In this document: piece by piece, positions 63,030 through 64,000 of the stretch
Layout: each line of letters opens with the position of its first letter
Position numbering within the stretch: position 1 is the stretch's first letter
DNA from: an uncultured Halobacteria archaeon
Lineage (GTDB): Bacteria > Pseudomonadota > Gammaproteobacteria > UBA9214
Length of the DNA stretch: 64,000 nucleotides
Assembly (NCBI GenBank): GCA_963847565.1
Contig: CAWKAE010000013.1
Span: 15,757-79,756 of the forward strand
Reading direction: 5' to 3'
Position numbers and translations under genes: made by a program
Notes under the pieces: generated by a model
Seen by the model: the letters and a program-made list of their open reading frames with translations, nothing else
Databases searched by the model: none
What the model was told of the DNA's origin: nothing

Positions 63030-64000
63030 TCATAGCCTGCTACTGCCCCAGCCACCGCCACCGGGTGTATAAACAGACAGACGATCGCCAGTATCGACGC
63101 GCCGGTTAACCTTGCCGGGGAGACGTTTACCGTTCAGTTTATTCTCACCACATTCACCTGCCGCACCCCCGGCCAGCCCCCAGGGTGCATGCTGTCGGCG
63201 CTCGGACAACAGCGTAATGTTTGCCGGTGCGAGGAACTCGTATTCCCGCACCATGCCGTCGCCGCCCGCATGCCGGCCAGCACCGCCAGAGCCGGTACGC
63301 ACGGCATAGCGCCGCACACGCAACGGGTAAGCCATTTCCAGCACCTCGATCGGCGTATTGAGCGTATTGGTCATGTGTGACTGGACCGCGTCGAGACCGG
63401 CGAACCGACAGCTGCCACCGGTGCCGCCGCCAAGGGTTTCATAATAGTCCCAGATCAGATCTGCCGTGCGCGCACCCATGGCGATATTGTTCATCGTCCC
63501 CTGGCTGGCCGCCGGTATTTGTTCGGGTATTGCCTGCGCAAGCGCCCCCATGATCACATCGACGATCCGGCTGCTGGTTTCGACATTGCCGGCCGCAACC
63601 GCGGCTGGCCGGTTCGCGTTCACCAGGCAGCCGCGCGGTGCATGGATATGCAATGTTCTGAAACTGCCGTCACAGGCGGGCGTGTACGACGGCATCAGGC
63701 AGCGAAATACATAGAACACGGCAGCCGCCGCAACCGATAGCGGACAATTGATATTGCCTTCGACCTGCTCTGCCGTACCCGTGAAATCGATTTCAACGTG
63801 CGCCTGCCGCACCCGCAATTCCACCACGATGCGAATATCCGTATTACCCATACCATCATCGTCCATGACATCCTCGAACCGGTAAACGCCATCCGGTATG
63901 CCTGACAGCGCATGTTCCGCCAGGCGGGCACCGTAGGCGTTGATCGCTTCAAGACCTGCCAGGTACGCATCAGCGCCGTCTTCCAGCAACTGCTGCAGGC
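63030..64000 (-). CDS. Hydantoinase B/oxoprolinase-family protein, 5' end outside window
   Basis: DFTGT, GNVETS, SQGTMNN, YYETLGGG, HMTNTLNTPIE, TPGGGGWG. Confidence 0.92.
   Translation of the reverse strand, partial: LQQLLEDGADAYLAGLEAINAYGARLAEHALSGIPDGVYRFEDVMDDDGMGNTDIRIVVELRVRQAHVEIDFTGTAEQVEGNINCPLSVAAAAVFYVFRCLMPSYTPACDGSFRTLHIHAPRGCLVNANRPAAVAAGNVETSSRIVDVIMGALAQAIPEQIPAASQGTMNNIAMGARTADLIWDYYETLGGGTGGSCRFAGLDAVQSHMTNTLNTPIEVLEMAYPLRVRRYAVRTGSGGAGRHAGGDGMVREYEFLAPANITLLSERRQHAPWGLAGGAAGECGENKLNGKRLPGKVNRRVDTGDRLSVYTPGGGGWGSSRL

Overview
64 kb of chromosome from a gammaproteobacterium. Gene content is consistent with a Chromatiales/Thiotrichales-like, probably chemolithotrophic organism (inference). 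The backbone is housekeeping: regBA, hda, purM/purN, dcd, apbC, metG, rnfABCDGE-nth, purT, gloA, argG, pdh, pepA-like, pyrC, rnt, grxD. About eleven genes, several essential, are split by single-base frameshifts, which most likely reflects long-read indel error rather than pseudogenisation. Most notable: (1) a second, complete Rnf operon in Bacteroidetes-like order (B-C-D-G-E-A) with a 1642-aa pyruvate:ferredoxin oxidoreductase-like gene inserted between rnfB and rnfC. That enzyme carries its own tethered ferredoxin, and the operon ends in an NqrM-like Cys-rich microprotein and an atypical FNR. (2) An MNIO (DUF692) RiPP cluster with an EGKCG-repeat, oxazolin/bufferin-type precursor. (3) A candidate RegA-activated antisense-SD sRNA between regA and hda. 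(4) A leader-peptide attenuator ahead of a DMT transporter. (5) An E2-E3 fused pyruvate dehydrogenase. (6) Several REP/REPIN families, including nested composites. No rRNA, tRNA, CRISPR array or transposase was seen.
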